Assembly (NCBI RefSeq): GCF_009914755.1
Contig: NC_060939.1
Length of the DNA: 64,000 nucleotides
Direction: 5' to 3' (one strand)
Origin: the human T2T-CHM13v2.0 reference genome, Homo sapiens
Positions within the stretch are counted from its first letter, which is position 1. The number at the start of each line of letters is the position of its first letter. This document shows positions 41,561 to 58,000 of this stretch, piece after piece. The notes beneath the pieces were generated by a model. The model was given only the letters and a program-made list of their open reading frames with translations, had not been told where the DNA came from and did no database searches. The translations under genes and the position numbers were made by a program.

Positions 41561-44500
41561 TTCCTTTCGTTTCCATTCCATTTGATGCCATTCCATTCAA
41601 TTCTGTTCTACTCGACTCCAATACATTCAATTCCATTCCATCCGATTCCATTACATTCTTTTCATTTCTTATCCATTTCAAGCCATTCCATTCCATTCCA
41701 TTCCACTCGTTTCCTTTCCATTCGAGTCCATTCCACTCCTGTCCATTCCATTCGAATCCATTTCACTGCAGTCCGTTCCATTCGAATCCATTTCACTCCA
41801 GTCCATTAAATTCGAGTACATTCCATTCCATTCTATTCAATGCCATTCCATTCGATTCTATTCCATTTGACACCATTCCTTTCCATTCCGTTCCATCCGA
41901 TTCCATTCCATTGTATTCCATTCAATTCCATTCCATTGCATTCCATTCGTTTCCATTCCATTCGAATTCATTCCACTCAAGTCCATTCCATTCGAGTCCA
42001 TTCCATTCGATATCATTCCATACTATTGAATTCCATTCGATTCCATTGTTTTCGAATAAATTCCAACCGAGACCATTCCTTTCGTGTCCATTCTATTTGA
42101 CTGCATTCCATTTGAGTCCATTAAATTTCTGCACATTCCATTCCTTTCCATTCCATTCCATTCCATTCCTTTCGGTGCCATTCCATTCCACTCTAATCCA
42201 TTCAAGTCCATTCCATTTGAGTCCATTCCATTGATTCGATGCCATTACATTCAATTCTATTCCATTCGACTCCATTGCATTCCATTCCCTTCCAAACGAT
42301 TCCATTCCATTCTATTACTTTCTATTCCAATCCATTCCATTCCGTTCCATTCGTTTCCATTCCATTCGAGTCCACTCCATTCCAGTCCATTCCATTCGAT
42401 TCCATTCCATTCCAGTCCATTCCATTCAAGTCCATTCCACTGCATTCCATTCCATTCGATATCCTTCGATAACAACCCATTCCATTCTGCTCCTTAATAT
42501 TCAATTCAATTCCATTCCATTTGATTCCATTCCATTTGATTCCATTCCATTCGACTCCATTCCATTCGACTCTATTCCATTCGAGTCCATTCCGTTCCAT
42601 TCCATTGAATTCCGTTCCAATCCCTATTCCATTCCATTTTGTTACTGTCCATTCCATTTGAGTCCATTCCATGACAAACCATTCCATTCGATTCCATTCC
42701 AATAGATTCCATTGCACTCGAATCCAGTGCGTTCCATTCCATTGCTTTCCATTCTATTACATTCCATTGCATTACATTCCATTCCATTTGATTGCATTCC
42801 ATTCAATTCCATTAATTTCGAATCAATTACATTGCAATCCATTGCATTCGAGTTCTATTCCAGTCCATTGCATTCCGGCGCATGCCGTTCCATTCCATTC
42901 CATTCGCTTCCGTTCCATTCGAATCGATTGCATTGCAATGCTTTACATTCGAGTCCGTTTTATTCCAGTCCAATCCATTCCGGTCCATTCCGTTCGATTC
43001 CATTCCATTCGATGCCACTCCATACTATTGTATTTCATTCGATTCCATTCTATTCAAATAAATTCCATTCGAGACCATTCCTTTCGAGTCCATTCTATTT
43101 GAGTCCATTCCATTCGAGTCCATTATATTTGGGTCCATTCCATTCAATTCCATTGCAATCCATTCCATTCGATGTCACTCCATTCATTTCTATTCCATTA
43201 GAGTCCATGTCATTCGAGTCCATTCCATTCTATTCTATTCCACTCCATTCCATTCCATTCCACTCCATTCCATTCGTTGCCGTTCCATTCAATTCTATTA
43301 TATTCCACTCCATTTACTTCCATTCCATTCCATTCCATTCCATTCTATCCAATTCCGTTCCATTCTATTCCTTTAAAGTCCATTCCATTCCATTCCATTC
43401 GTTTCCATTCCATTCGAGTAAAGTCCACTCCAGTCCTTTCCATTCGAGTCCATTCCTCTCCAGTCCATTCCGTTCAATCCATTCCATTCCAGTCCATTCC
43501 ATTCGAGTCCGTTCCATTCCAGTCCATTCCATTCGAGTCAATTCCATTCCATTCGATATCTTTCCATAACGATCCATTCCATTCTATTCCTTTCGATTCC
43601 ATTCAATTCCATTCTTTCTATTTCATTCCATTCGATTCCCTTCCATTGGACTCCTTTCCATTCGAGTGCATTCCATTCCGTTCCATTTCTTTCTGTTCTG
43701 TATGATTCCTACCGTTCGATTTCATTTTGTTCCAGTCTATTCCTTTCAAGTGCATTCCATTCCATTTCACTCCATTCGATTCCATTCCACTCGATTCCAC
43801 TCCGTTCCATTTCACTGCATTCCATTCTATTCAATTCTATTGCATTCCATTCCATTCCATTTGATTACATTCCATGCGATTCCATTCGAATTCGAATCAA
43901 TTACATTGAAATCCATTACTATTGAGTCCGTTTTATTCCAGTCCACTCCATTCTGCTCCATTCCATTTGATTCCATTCCATTCTATTCCATTCCGTACAG
44001 TTGCATTCCATTGGATTCCATTCTATATCTATAAATGCAAATTGAGACCATTGCTTTTGAGTCCATTTCATATGATTCCATTCCATTCAAGTCCATTACA
44101 TTTGGTTCAATTCCATTCCATTCCATTCCCTTCCATTCCATTCCATTTGATATCAATCCATACGATTCCATTCCATTCGAGCACATTCCATTCGAGTCCA
44201 TTCCATTCGATGCCATTCCATTTGATTCTATTCCATTAGACTCCATTCAATTCCATTAATCTCCATTCCATTCTACTCCAACTGATTCCATTCCATTCTA
44301 TTCCTTTCCATTCCATTCCATTCCATTCCATTCGCTTCCATTCCATTCGTGTCCATTCCACTCCAGTCCATTCCATTCGTGTCCATTCCATTCCAGTCCA
44401 TTCCATTTGTGTCCACTGCATTCCATTCCACTCCATTCCATATTATTCCATTACACTCCATTCCATTCTATTACTTTCATTTCCATTCAGTTCCATTCCA

Positions 44501-45025
44501 TTTGATTCCATTCCACTCGGTTTCACTCCATTTGAGTCCATTCCATTCCATTCCATTCCATTCCATTACATTCTGTCCCATTCCATTCCATTCCATTCCA
44601 TTGGGTACCATTCCATATTGTTCCATTCGATTCCATTCGAATCCATTCCATTCCAGTCCATTCCATTCGATTCCATTCCATTCCATTCGATTCCACTTGA
44701 TTCCACTCCATTCCCTTCCACTGCATTCCATTCGATTCCATTCCATTGCATTGCATTCCATTCCATTGGATTGCATTCCATTCGATTCCATTCCATTCGA
44801 ATCAATTACATAGCAATCCATTACATTCGAGTCTGTTCTATTCCGTTCCATTCGATTTCGTTCCAATCCATTCGATTCCATTCCATTCGATTCCATTCCA
44901 TACTATTGCATTCCATTCGATTAAATTATACTCGAATAAATTCCATTCAAGACCATTTCTGTTGAGTCCATTCTACTTGAGTCCATTCCCTTTGATTCCA
45001 TAACATTTGAGTCCATTCAATTCCA
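41561..45025 (+). repeat. Satellite unit 13 (3465 bp)
   Basis: -5 after AAGCCA and -5 near 44265. Confidence 0.9.
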
Positions 45026-48000
45026 TTCCTTTCGTTTCCATTCCATTTGATGCCATTCCATTCAATTCTGTTCTACTCGACTCCAGTACATTCAATTCCA
45101 TTCCATTCGATTCCATTACATTCTTTTCATTTCTTATCCATTTCAAGCCATTCCATTCCATTCCATTCCATTCCACTCGTTTCCTTTCCATTCGAGTCCA
45201 TTCCACTCCAGTCCATTCCATTCGAATCCATTTCACTCCAGTCCATTCCATTCGAATCCATTTCACTCCAGTCCATTAAATTCGAGTACATTCCATTCCA
45301 TTCTATTCAATGCCATTCCATTCGATTCTATTCCATTCGACACCATTCCTTTCCATTCCGTTCCATCCGATTCCATTCCATTGTATTCCATTCAATTCCA
45401 TTCCATGCATTCCATTCGTTTCCATTCCATTCGAATTCATTCCACTCAAGTCCATTCCATTCGAGTCCATTCCATTCGATATCATTCCATACTATTGAAT
45501 TCCATTCGATTCCATTGTTTTCGAATAAATTCCAACCGAGACCATTCCTTTCGTGTCCATTCTATTTGACTGCATTCCATTTGAGTCCATTAAATTTCTG
45601 CACATTCCATTCCTTTCCATTCCATTCCATTCCATTCCTTTCGGTGCCATTCCATTCCACTCTAATCCATTCAAGTCCATTCCATTTGAGTCCATTCCAT
45701 TGATTCGATGCCATTACATTCAATTCTATTCCATTCGACTCCATTGCATTCCATTCCCTTCCAAACGATTCCATTCCATTCTATTACTTTCTATTCCAAT
45801 CCATTCCATTCCGTTCCATTCGTTTCCATTCCATTCGAGTCCACTCCATTCCAGTCCATTCCATTCGATTCCATTCCATTCCAGTCCATTCCATTCAAGT
45901 CCATTCCCCTGCATTCCATTCCATTCGATATCCTTCGATAACACCCCATTCCATTCTGCTCCTTAATATTCAATTCAATTCCATTCCATTTGATTCCATT
46001 CCATTTGATTACATTCCATTCGACTCCATTCCATTCGACTCTATTCCATTCGAGTCCATTCCATTCCATTCCATTGCATTCCGTTCCAATCCCTATTCCA
46101 TTCCATTTTGTTACTGTCCATTCCATTTGAGTCCATTCCATGACAAACCATTCCATTCGATTCCATTCCAATAGATTCCATTGCACTCGAATCCAGTGCG
46201 TTCCATTCCATTGCTTTCCATTCTATTACATTCCATTGCATTACATTCCATTCCATTTGATTGCATTCCATTCAATTCCATTAATTTCGAATCAATTACA
46301 TTGCAATCCATTGCATTCGAGTTCTATTCCAGTCCATTGCATTCCGGCGCATGCCGTTCCATTCCATTCCATTCGCTTCCGTTCCATTCGAATCGATTGC
46401 ATTGCAATGCTTTACATTCGAGTCCGTTTTATTCCAGTCCAATCCATTCCGGTCCATTCCGTTCGATTCCATTCCATTCGATGCCACTCCATACTATTGT
46501 ATTTCATTCGATTCCATTCTATTCAAATAAATTCCATTCGAGACCATTCCTTTCGAGTCCATTCTATTTGAGTCCATTCCATTCGAGTCCATTATATTTG
46601 GGTCCATTCCATTCAATTCCATTGCAATCCATTCCATTCGATGTCACTCCATTCATTTCTATTCCATTAGAGTCCAGTCCATGTCATTCGAGTCCATTCC
46701 ATTCTATTCTATTCCACTCCATTTCATTCCATTCCACTCCTTTCCATTCGTTGCCGTTCCATTCAATTCTATTATATTCCACTCCATTTACTTCCATTCC
46801 ATTCCATTCCATTCCATTCTATCCATTTCCGTTCCATTCTATTCCTTTAAAGTCCATTCCATTCCATTCCATTCGTTTCCATTCCATTCGAGTAAAGTCC
46901 ACTCCAGTCCTTTCCATTCGAGTCCATTCCTCTCCAGTCCATTCCGTTCAATCCATTCCATTCCAGTCCATTCCATTCGAGTCCGTTCCATTCCAGTCCA
47001 TTCCATTCGAGTCAATTCCATTCCATTCGATATCTTTCCATAACGATCCATTCCATTCTATTCCTTTCGATTCCATCCAATTCCATTCTTTCTATTTCAT
47101 TCCATTCGATTCCCTTCCATTGGACTCCTTTCCATTCGAGTGCATTCCATTCCGTTCCATTTCTTTCTGTTCTGTATGATTCCTACCGTTCGATTTCATT
47201 TTGTTCCAGTCTATTCCTTTCAAGTGCATTCCATTCCATTTCACTCCATTCGATTCCATTCCACTCGATTCCACTCCGTTCCATTTCACTGCATTCCATT
47301 CTATTCAATTCTATTGCATTCCATTCCATTCCATTTGATTACATTCCATGCGATTCCATTCGAATTCGAATCAATTACATTGAAATCCATTACTATTGAG
47401 TCCGTTTTATTCCAGTCCACTCCATTCTGCTCCATTCCATTTGATTCCATTCCATTCTAATCCATTCCGTACAGTTGCATTCCATTGGATTCCATTCTAT
47501 ATCTATAAATGCAACTTGAGACCATTGCTTTTGAGTCCATTCTATATGATTCCATTCCATTCAAGTCCATTACATTTGGTTCAATTCCATTCCATTCCAT
47601 TCCCTTCCATTCCATTCCATTTGATATCAATCCATACGATTCCATTCCATTCGAGCACATTCCATTCGAGTCCATTCCATTCGATGCCATTCCATTTGAT
47701 TCTATTCCATTAGACTCCATTCAATTCCATTAATCTCCATTCCATTCCATTCTACTCCAACTGATTCCATTCCATTCTATTCCTTTCCATTCCATTCCAT
47801 TCCATTCCATTCTCTTCCATTCCATTCGTGTCCATTCCACTCCAGTCCATTCCATTCGTGTCCATTCCATTCCAGTCCATTCCATTTGTGTCCACTGCAT
47901 TCCATTCCACTCCATTCCGTATTAATCCATTACACTCCATTCCATTCTATTACTTTCATTTCCATTCAGTTCCATTCCATTTGATTCCATTCCACTCGGT

Positions 48001-48524
48001 TTCACTCCATTTGAGTCCATTCCATTCCATTCCATTCCATTCCATTCCATTCCATTCCATTCCATTCCATTCTGTTCCATTCCATTCCATTCCATTCCAT
48101 TGGGTACCATTCCATATTGTTCCATTCGATTCCATTCGAATCCATTCCATTCCAGTCCATTCCATTCGATTCCATTCCATTCCATTCGATTCCACTTGAT
48201 TCCACTCCATTCCCTTCCACTGCATTCCATTCGATTCCATTCCATTGCATTGCATTCCATTCCATTGGATTGCATTCCATTCGATTCCATTCCATTCGAA
48301 TCAATTACATAGCAATCCATTACATTCGAGTCTGTTCTATTCCGTTCCATTCGATTTCGTTCCAATCCATTCGATTCCATTCCATTCGATTCCATTCCAT
48401 ACTATTGCATTCCATTCGATTAAATTATACTCGAATAAATTCCATTCAAGACCATTTCTGTTGAGTCCATTCTACTTGAGTCCATTCCCTTTGATTCCAT
48501 AACACTTGAGTCCATTCAATTCCA
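45026..48524 (+). repeat. Satellite unit 14 (3499 bp; the only unit whose length is not a multiple of 5)
   Basis: -1 (~45406), +5 (AGTCC duplication at 46671-46680) and +20 in the variable tract. Confidence 0.9.
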
Positions 48525-51500
48525 TTCCTTTCGTTTCCATTCCATTTGATGCCATTCCATTCAATTCTGTTCTACTCGACTCCAGTACATTCAATTCCAT
48601 TCCATCCGATTCCATTACATTCTTTTCATTTCTTATCCATTTCAAGCCATTCCATTCCATTCCATTCCATTCCACTCGTTTCCTTTCCATTCGAGTCCAT
48701 TCCACTCCAGTCCATTCCATTCGAATCCATTTCACTCCAGTCCATTCCATTCGAATCCATTTCACTCCAGTCCATTAAATTCGAGTACATTCCATTCCAT
48801 TCTATTCAATGCCATTCCATTCGATTCTATTCCATTCGACACCATTCCTTTCCATTCCGTTCCATCCGATTCCATTCCATTGTATTCCATTCAATTCCAT
48901 TCCATTGCATTCCATTCGTTTCCATTCCATTCGAATTCATTCCACTCAAGTCCATTCCATTCGAGTCCATTCCATTCGATATCATTCCATACTATTGAAT
49001 TCCATTCGATTCCATTGTTTTCGAATAAATTCCAACCGAGACCATTCCTTTCGTGTCCATTCTATTTGACTGCATTCCATTTGAGTCCATTAAATTTCTG
49101 CACATTCCATTCCTTTCCATTCCATTCCATTCCATTCCTTTCGGTGCCATTCCATTCCACTCTAATCCATTCAAGTCCATTCCATTTGAGTCCATTCCAT
49201 TGATTCGATGCCACTACATTCAATTCTATTCCATTCGACTCCATTGCATTCCATTCCCTTCCAAACGATTCCATTCCATTCTATTACTTTCTATTCCAAT
49301 CCATTCCATTCCGTTCCATTCGTTTCCATTCCATTCGAGTCCACTCCATTCCAGTCCATTCCATTCGATTCCATTCCATTCCTGTCCATTCCATTCAAGT
49401 CCATTCCACTGCATTCCATTCCATTCGATATCCTTCGATAACAACCCATTCCATTCTGCTCCTTAATATTCAATTCAATTCCATTCCATTTGATTCCATT
49501 CCATTTGATTACATTCCATTCGACTCCATTCCATTCGACTCTATTCCATTCGAGTCCATTCCGTTCCATTCCATTGCATTCCGTTCGAATCCCTATTCCA
49601 TTCCATTTTGTTACTGTCCATTCCATTTGAGTCCATTCCATGACAAACCATTCCATTCGATTCCATTCCAATAGATTCCATTGCACTCGAATCCAGTGCG
49701 TTCCATTCCATTGCTTTCCATTCTATTACATTCCATTGCATTACATTCCATTCCATTTGATTGCATTCCATTCAATTCCATTAATTTCGAATCAATTACA
49801 TTGCAATCCATTGCATTCGAGTTCTATTCCAGTCCATTGCATTCCGGCGCATGCCGTTCCATTCCATTCCATTCGCTTCCGTTCCATTCGAATCGATTGC
49901 ATTGCAATGCTTTACATTCGAGTCCGTTTTATTCCAGTCCAATCCATTCCGGTCCATTCCGTTCGATTCCATTCCATTCGATGCCACTCCATACTATTGT
50001 ATTTCATTCGATTCCATTCTATTCAAATAAATTCCATTCGAGACCATTCCTTTCGAGTCCATTCTATTTGAGTCCATTCCATTCGAGTCCATTATATTTG
50101 GGTCCATTCCATTCAATTCCATTGCAATCCATTCCATTCGATGTCACTCCATTCATTTCTATTCCATTAGAGTCCATGTCATTCGAGTCCATTCCATTCT
50201 ATTCTATTCCACTCCATTTCATTCCATTCCACTCCATTCCATTCGTTGCCGTTCCATTCAATTCTATTATATTCCACTCCATTTACTTCCATTCCATTCC
50301 ATTCCATTCCATTCTATCCATTTCCGTTCCATTCTATTCCTTTAAAGTCCATTCCATTCCATTCCATTCGTTTCCATTCCATTCGAGTAAAGTCCACTCC
50401 AGTCCTTTCCATTCGAGTCCATTCCTCTCCAGTCCATTCCGTTCAATCCATTCCATTCCAGTCCATTCCATTCGAGTCCGTTCCATTCCAGTCCATTCCA
50501 TTCGAGTCAATTCCATTCCATTCGATATCTTTCCATAACGATCCATTCCATTCTATTCCTTTCGATTCCATTCAATTCCATTCTTTCTATTTCATTCCAT
50601 TCGATTCCCTTCCATTGGACTCCTTTCCATTCGAGTGCATTCCATTCCGTTCCATTTCTTTCTGTTCTGTATGATTCCTACCGTTCGATTTCATTTTGTT
50701 CCAGTCTATTCCTTTCAAGTGCATTCCATTCCATTTCACTCCATTCGATTCCATTCCACTCGATTCCACTCCGTTCCATTTCACTGCATTCCATTCTATT
50801 CAATTCTATTGCATTCCATTCCATTCCATTTGATTACATTCCATGCGATTCCATTCGAATTCGAATCAATTACATTGAAATCCATTACTATTGAGTCCGT
50901 TTTATTCCAGTCCACTCCATTCTGCTCCATTCCATTTGATTCCATTCCATTCTATTCCATTCCGTACAGTTGCATTCCATTGGATTCCATTCTATATCTA
51001 TAAATGCAACTTGAGACCATTGCTTTTGAGTCCATTCTATATGATTCCATTCCATTCAAGTCCATTACATTTGGTTCAATTCCATTCCATTCCATTCCCT
51101 TCCATTCCATTCCATTTGATATCAATCCATACGATTCCATTCCATTCGAGCACATTCCATTCGAGTCCATTCCATTCGATGCCATTCCATTTGATTCTAT
51201 TCCATTAGACTCCATTCAATTCCATTAATCTCCATTCCATTCCATTCTACTCCAACTGATTCCATTCCATTCTATTCCTTTCCATTCCATTCCATTCCAT
51301 TCCATTCTCTTCCATTCCATTCGTGTCCATTCCACTCCAGTCCATTCCATTCGTGTCCATTCCATTCCAGTCCATTCCATTTGTGTCCACTGCATTCCAT
51401 TCCACTCCATTCCGTATTAATCCATTACACTCCATTCCATTCTATTACTTTCATTTCCATTCAGTTCCATTCCATTTGATTCCATTCCACTCGGTTTCAC

Positions 51501-52014
51501 TCCATTTGAGTCCATTCCATTCCATTCCATTCCATTCCATTCCATTCCATTCCATTCCATTCTGTTCCATTCCATTCCATTCCATTCCATTGGGTACCAT
51601 TCCATATTGTTCCATTCGATTCCATTCGAATCCATTCCATTCCAGTCCATTCCATTCGATTCCATTCCATTCCATTCGATTCCACTTGATTCCACTCCAT
51701 TCCCTTCCACTGCATTCCATTCGATTCCATTCCATTGCATTGCATTCCATTCCATTGGATTGCATTCCATTCGATTCCATTCCATTCGAATCAATTACAT
51801 AGCAATCCATTACATTCGAGTCTGTTCTATTCCGTTCCATTCGATTTCGTTCCAATCCATTCGATTCCATTCCATTCGATTCCATTCCATACTATTGCAT
51901 TCCATTCGATTAAATTATACTCGAATAAATTCCATTCAAGACCATTTCTGTTGAGTCCATTCTACTTGAGTCCATTCCCTTTGATTCCATAACATTTGAG
52001 TCCATTCAATTCCA
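48525..52014 (+). repeat. Satellite unit 15 (3490 bp)
   Basis: Marker 48546 to 52036; +15 in the variable tract. Confidence 0.9.
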
Positions 52015-55000
52015 TTCCTTTCGTTTCCATTCCATTTGATGCCACTCCATTCAATTCTGTTCTACTCGACTCCAGTACATTCAATTCCATTCCATCCGAT
52101 TCCATTACATTCTTTTCATTTCTTATCCATTTCTAGCCATTCCATTCCATTCCATTCCATTCCACTCGTTTCCTTTCCATTCGAGTCCATTCCACTCCAG
52201 TCCATTCCATTCGAATCCATTTCACTCCAGTCCATTCCATTCGAATCCATTTCACTCCAGTCCATTAAATTCGAGTACATTCCATTCCATTCTATTCAAT
52301 GCCATTCCATTCGATTCTATTCCATTCGACACCATTCCTTTCCATTCCGTTCCATCCGATTCCATTCCATTGTATTCCATTCAATTCCATTCCATTGCAT
52401 TCCATTCGTTTCCATTCCATTCGAATTCATTCCACTCAAGTCCATTCCATTCGAGTCCATTCCACTCGATATCATTCCATACTATTGAATTCCATTCGAT
52501 TCCATTGTTTTCGAATAAATTCCAACCGAGACCATTCCTTTCGTGTCCATTCTATTTGACTGCATTCCATTTGAGTCCATTAAATTTCTGCACATTCCAT
52601 TCCTTTCCATTCCATTCCATTCCATTCCTTTCGGTGCCATTCCATTCCACTCTACTCCATTCAAGTCCATTCCATTTGAGTCCATTCCATTGATTCGATG
52701 CCATTACATTCAATTCTATTCCATTCGACTCCATTGCATTCCATTCCCTTCCAAACGATTCCATTCCATTCTATTACTTTCTATTCCAATCCATTCCATT
52801 CGGTTCCATTCGTTTCCATTCCATTCGAGTCCACTCCATTCCAGTCCATTCCATTCGATTCCATTCCATTCCAGTCCATTCCATTCAAGTCCATTCCACT
52901 GCATTCCATTCCATTCGATATCCTTCGATAACACCCCATTCCATTCTGCTCCTTAATATTCAATTCAATTCCATTCCATTTGATTCCATTCCATTTGATT
53001 ACATTCCATTCGACTCCATTCCATTCGACTCTATTCCATTCGAGTCCATTCCGTTCCATTCCATTGCATTCCGTTCCAATCCCTATTCCATTCCATTTTG
53101 TTACTGTCCATTCCATTTGAGTCCATTCCATGACAAACCATTCCATTCGATTCCATTCCAATAGATTCCATTGCACTCGAATCCAGTGCGTTCCATTCCA
53201 TTGCTTTCCATTCTATTACATTCCATTGCATTACATTCCATTCCATTTGATTGCATTCCATTCAATTCCATTAATTTCGAATCAATTAAATTGCAATCCA
53301 TTGCATTCGAGTTCTATTCCAGTCCATTGCATTCCGGCGCATGCCGTTCCATTCCATTCCATTCGCTTCCGTTCCATTCGAATCGATTGCATTGCAATGC
53401 TTTACATTCGAGTCCGTTTTATTCCAGTCCAATCCATTCCGGTCCATTCCGTTCGATTCCATTCCATTCGATGCCACTCCATACTATTGTATTTCATTCG
53501 ATTCCATTCTATTCAAATAAATTCCATTCGAGACCATTCCTTTCGAGTCCATTCTATTTGAGTCCATTCCATTCGAGTCCATTATATTTGGGTCCATTCC
53601 ATTCAATTCCATTGCAATCCATTCCATTCGATGTCACTCCATTCATTTCTATTCCATTAGAGTCCATGTCATTCGAGTCCATTCCATTCTATTCTATTCC
53701 ACTCCATTTCATTCCATTCCACTCCATTCCATTCGTTGCCGTTCCATTCAATTCTATTATATTCCACTCCATTTACTTCCATTCCATTCCATTCCATTCC
53801 ATTCTATCCATTTCCGTTCCATTCTATTCCTTTAAAGTCCATTCCATTCCATTCCATTCGTTTCCATTCCATTCGAGTAAAGTCCACTCCAGTCCTTTCC
53901 ATTCGAGTCCATTCCTCTCCAGTCCATTCCGTTCAATCCATTCCATTCCAGTCCATTCCATTCGAGTCCGTTCCATTCCAGTCCATTCCATTCGAGTCAA
54001 TTCCATTCCATTCGATATCTTTCCATAACGATCCATTCCATTCTATTCCTTTCGATTCCATTCAATTCCATTCTTTCTATTTCATTCCATTCGATTCCCT
54101 TCCATTGGACTCCTTTCCATTCGAGTGCATTCCATTCCGTTCCATTTCTTTCTGTTCTGTGTGATTCCTACCGTTCGATTTCATTTTGTTCCAGTCTATT
54201 CCTTTCAAGTGCATTCCATTCCATTTCACTCCATTCGATTCCATTCCACTCGATTCCACTCCGTTCCATTTCACTGCATTCCATTCTATTCAATTCTATT
54301 GCATTCCATTCCATTCCATTTGATTACATTCCATGCGATTCCATTCGAATTCGAATCAATTACATTGAAATCCATTACTATTGAGTCCGTTTTATTCCAG
54401 TCCACTCCATTCTGCTCCATTCCATTTCATTCCATTCCATTCTATTCCATTCCGTACAGTTGCATTCCATTGGATTCCATTCTATATCTATAAATGCAAC
54501 TTGAGACCATTGCTTTTGAGTCCATTCTATATGATTCCATTCCATTCAAGTCCATTACATTTGGTTCAATTCCATTCCATTCCATTCCCTTCCATTCCAT
54601 TCCATTTGATATCAATCCATACGATTCCATTCCATTCGAGCACATTCCATTCGAGTCCATTCCATTCGATGCCATTCCATTTGATTCTATTCCATTAGAC
54701 TCCATTCAATTCCATTAATCTCCATTCCATTCCATTCTACTCCAACTGATTCCATTCCATTCTATTCCTTTCCATTCCATTCCATTCCATTCCATTCTCT
54801 TCCATTCCATTCGTGTCCATTCCACTCCAGTCCATTCCATTCGTGTCCATTCCATTCCAGTCCATTCCATTTGTGTCCACTGCATTCCATTCCACTCCAT
54901 TCCGTATTAATCCATTACACTCCATTCCATTCTATTACTTTCATTTCCATTCAGTTCCATTCCATTTGATTCCATTCCACTCGGTTTCACTCCATTTGAG

Positions 55001-58000
55001 TCCATTCCATTCCATTCCATTCCATTCCATTCCATTCCATTCCATTCTGTTCCATTCCATTCCATTCCATTCCATTGGGTACCATTCCATATTGTTCCAT
55101 TCGATTCCATTCGAATCCATTCCATTCCAGTCCATTCCATTCGATTCCATTCCATTCCATTCGATTCCACTTGATTCCACTCCATTCCCTTCCACTGCAT
55201 TCCATTCGATTCCATTCCATTGCATTGCATTCCATTCCATTGGATTGCATTCCATTCGATTCCATTCCATTCGAATCAATTACATAGCAATCCATTACAT
55301 TCGAGTCTGTTCTATTCCGTTCCATTCGATTTCGTTCCAATCCATTCGATTCCATTCCATTCGATTCCATTCCATACTATTGCATTCCATTCGATTAAAT
55401 TATACTCGAATAAATTCCATTCAAGACCATTTCTGTTGAGTCCATTCTACTTGAGTCCATTCCCTTTGATTCCATAACATTTGAGTCCATTCAATTCCAT
55501 TCCTTTCGTTTCCATTCCATTTGATGCCATTCCATTCAATTCTGTTCTACTCGACTCCAGTACATTCAATTCCATTCCATCCGATTCCATTACATTCTTT
55601 TCATTTCTTATCCATTTCTAGCCATTCCATTCCATTCCATTCCATTCCACTCGTTTCCTTTCCATTCGAGTCCATTCCACTCCAGTCCATTCCATTCGAA
55701 TCCATTTCACTCCAGTCCATTCCATTCGAATCCATTTCACTCCAGTCCATTAAATTCGAGTACATTCCATTCCATTCTATTCAATGCCATTCCATTCGAT
55801 TCTATTCCATTCGACACCATTCCTTTCCATTCCGTTCCATCCGATTCCATTCCATTGTATTCCATTCAATTCCATTCCATTGCATTCCATTCGTTTCCAT
55901 TCCATTCGAATTCATTCCACTCAAGTCCATTCCATTCGAGTCCATTCCACTCGATATCATTCCATACTATTGAATTCCATTCGATTCCATTGTTTTCGAA
56001 TAAATTCCAACCGAGACCATTCCTTTCGTGTCCATTCTATTTGACTGCATTCCATTTGAGTCCATTAAATTTCTGCACATTCCATTCCTTTCCATTCCAT
56101 TCCATTCCATTCCTTTCGGTGCCATTCCATTCCACTCTACTCCATTCAAGTCCATTCCATTTGAGTCCATTCCATTGATTCGATGCCATTACATTCAATT
56201 CTATTCCATTCGACTCCATTGCATTCCATTCCCTTCCAAACGATTCCATTCCATTCTATTACTTTCTATTCCAATCCATTCCATTCGGTTCCATTCGTTT
56301 CCATTCCATTCGAGTCCACTCCATTCCAGTCCATTCCATTCGATTCCATTCCATTCCAGTCCATTCCATTCAAGTCCATTCCACTGCATTCCATTCCATT
56401 CGATATCCTTCGATAACACCCCATTCCATTCTGCTCCTTAATATTCAATTCAATTCCATTCCATTTGATTCCATTCCATTTGATTACATTCCATTCGACT
56501 CCATTCCATTCGACTCTATTCCATTCGAGTCCATTCCGTTCCATTCCATTGCATTCCGTTCCAATCCCTATTCCATTCCATTTTGTTACTGTCCATTCCA
56601 TTTGAGTCCATTCCATGACAAACCATTCCATTCGATTCCATTCCAATAGATTCCATTGCACTCGAATCCAGTGCGTTCCATTCCATTGCTTTCCATTCTA
56701 TTACATTCCATTGCATTACATTCCATTCCATTTGATTGCATTCCATTCAATTCCATTAATTTCGAATCAATTACATTGCAATCCATTGCATTCGAGTTCT
56801 ATTCCAGTCCATTGCATTCCGGCGCATGCCGTTCCATTCCATTCCATTCGCTTCCGTTCCATTCGAATCGATTGCATTGCAATGCTTTACATTCGAGTCC
56901 GTTTTATTCCAGTCCAATCCATTCCGGTCCATTCCGTTCGATTCCATTCCATTCGATGCCACTCCATACTATTGTATTTCATTCGATTCCATTCTATTCA
57001 AATAAATTCCATTCGAGACCATTCCTTTCGAGTCCATTCTATTTGAGTCCATTCCATTCGAGTCCATTATATTTGGGTCCATTCCATTCAATTCCATTGC
57101 AATCCATTCCATTCGATGTCACTCCATTCATTTCTATTCCATTAGAGTCCATGTCATTCGAGTCCATTCCATTCTATTCTATTCCACTCCATTTCATTCC
57201 ATTCCACTCCATTCCATTCGTTGCCGTTCCATTCAATTCTATTATATTCCACTCCATTTACTTCCATTCCATTCCATTCCATTCCATTCTATCCATTTCC
57301 GTTCCATTCTATTCCTTTAAAGTCCATTCCATTCCATTCCATTCGTTTCCATTCCATTCGAGTAAAGTCCACTCCAGTCCTTTCCATTCGAGTCCATTCC
57401 TCTCCAGTCCATTCCGCTCAATCCATTCCATTCCAGTCCATTCCATTCGAGTCCGTTCCATTCCAGTCCATTCCATTCGAGTCAATTCCATTCCATTCGA
57501 TATCTTTCCATAACGATCCATTCCATTCTATTCCTTTCGATTCCATTCAATTCCATTCTTTCTATTTCATTCCATTCGATTCCCTTCCATTGGACTCCTT
57601 TCCATTCGAGTGCATTCCATTCCGTTCCATTTCTTTCTGTTCTGTATGATTCCTACCGTTCGATTTCATTTTGTTCCAGTCTATTCCTTTCAAGTGCATT
57701 CCATTCCATTTCACTCCATTCGATTCCATTCCACTCGATTCCACTCCGTTCCATTTCACTGCATTCCATTCTATTCAATTCTATTGCATTCCATTCCATT
57801 CCATTTGATTACATTCCATGCGATTCCATTCGAATTCGAATCAATTACATTGAAATCCATTACTATTGAGTCCGTTTTATTCCAGTCCACTCCATTCTGC
57901 TCCATTCCATTTCATTCCATTCCATTCTATTCCATTCCGTACAGTTGCATTCCATTGGATTCCATTCTATATCTATAAATGCAACTTGAGACCATTGCTT

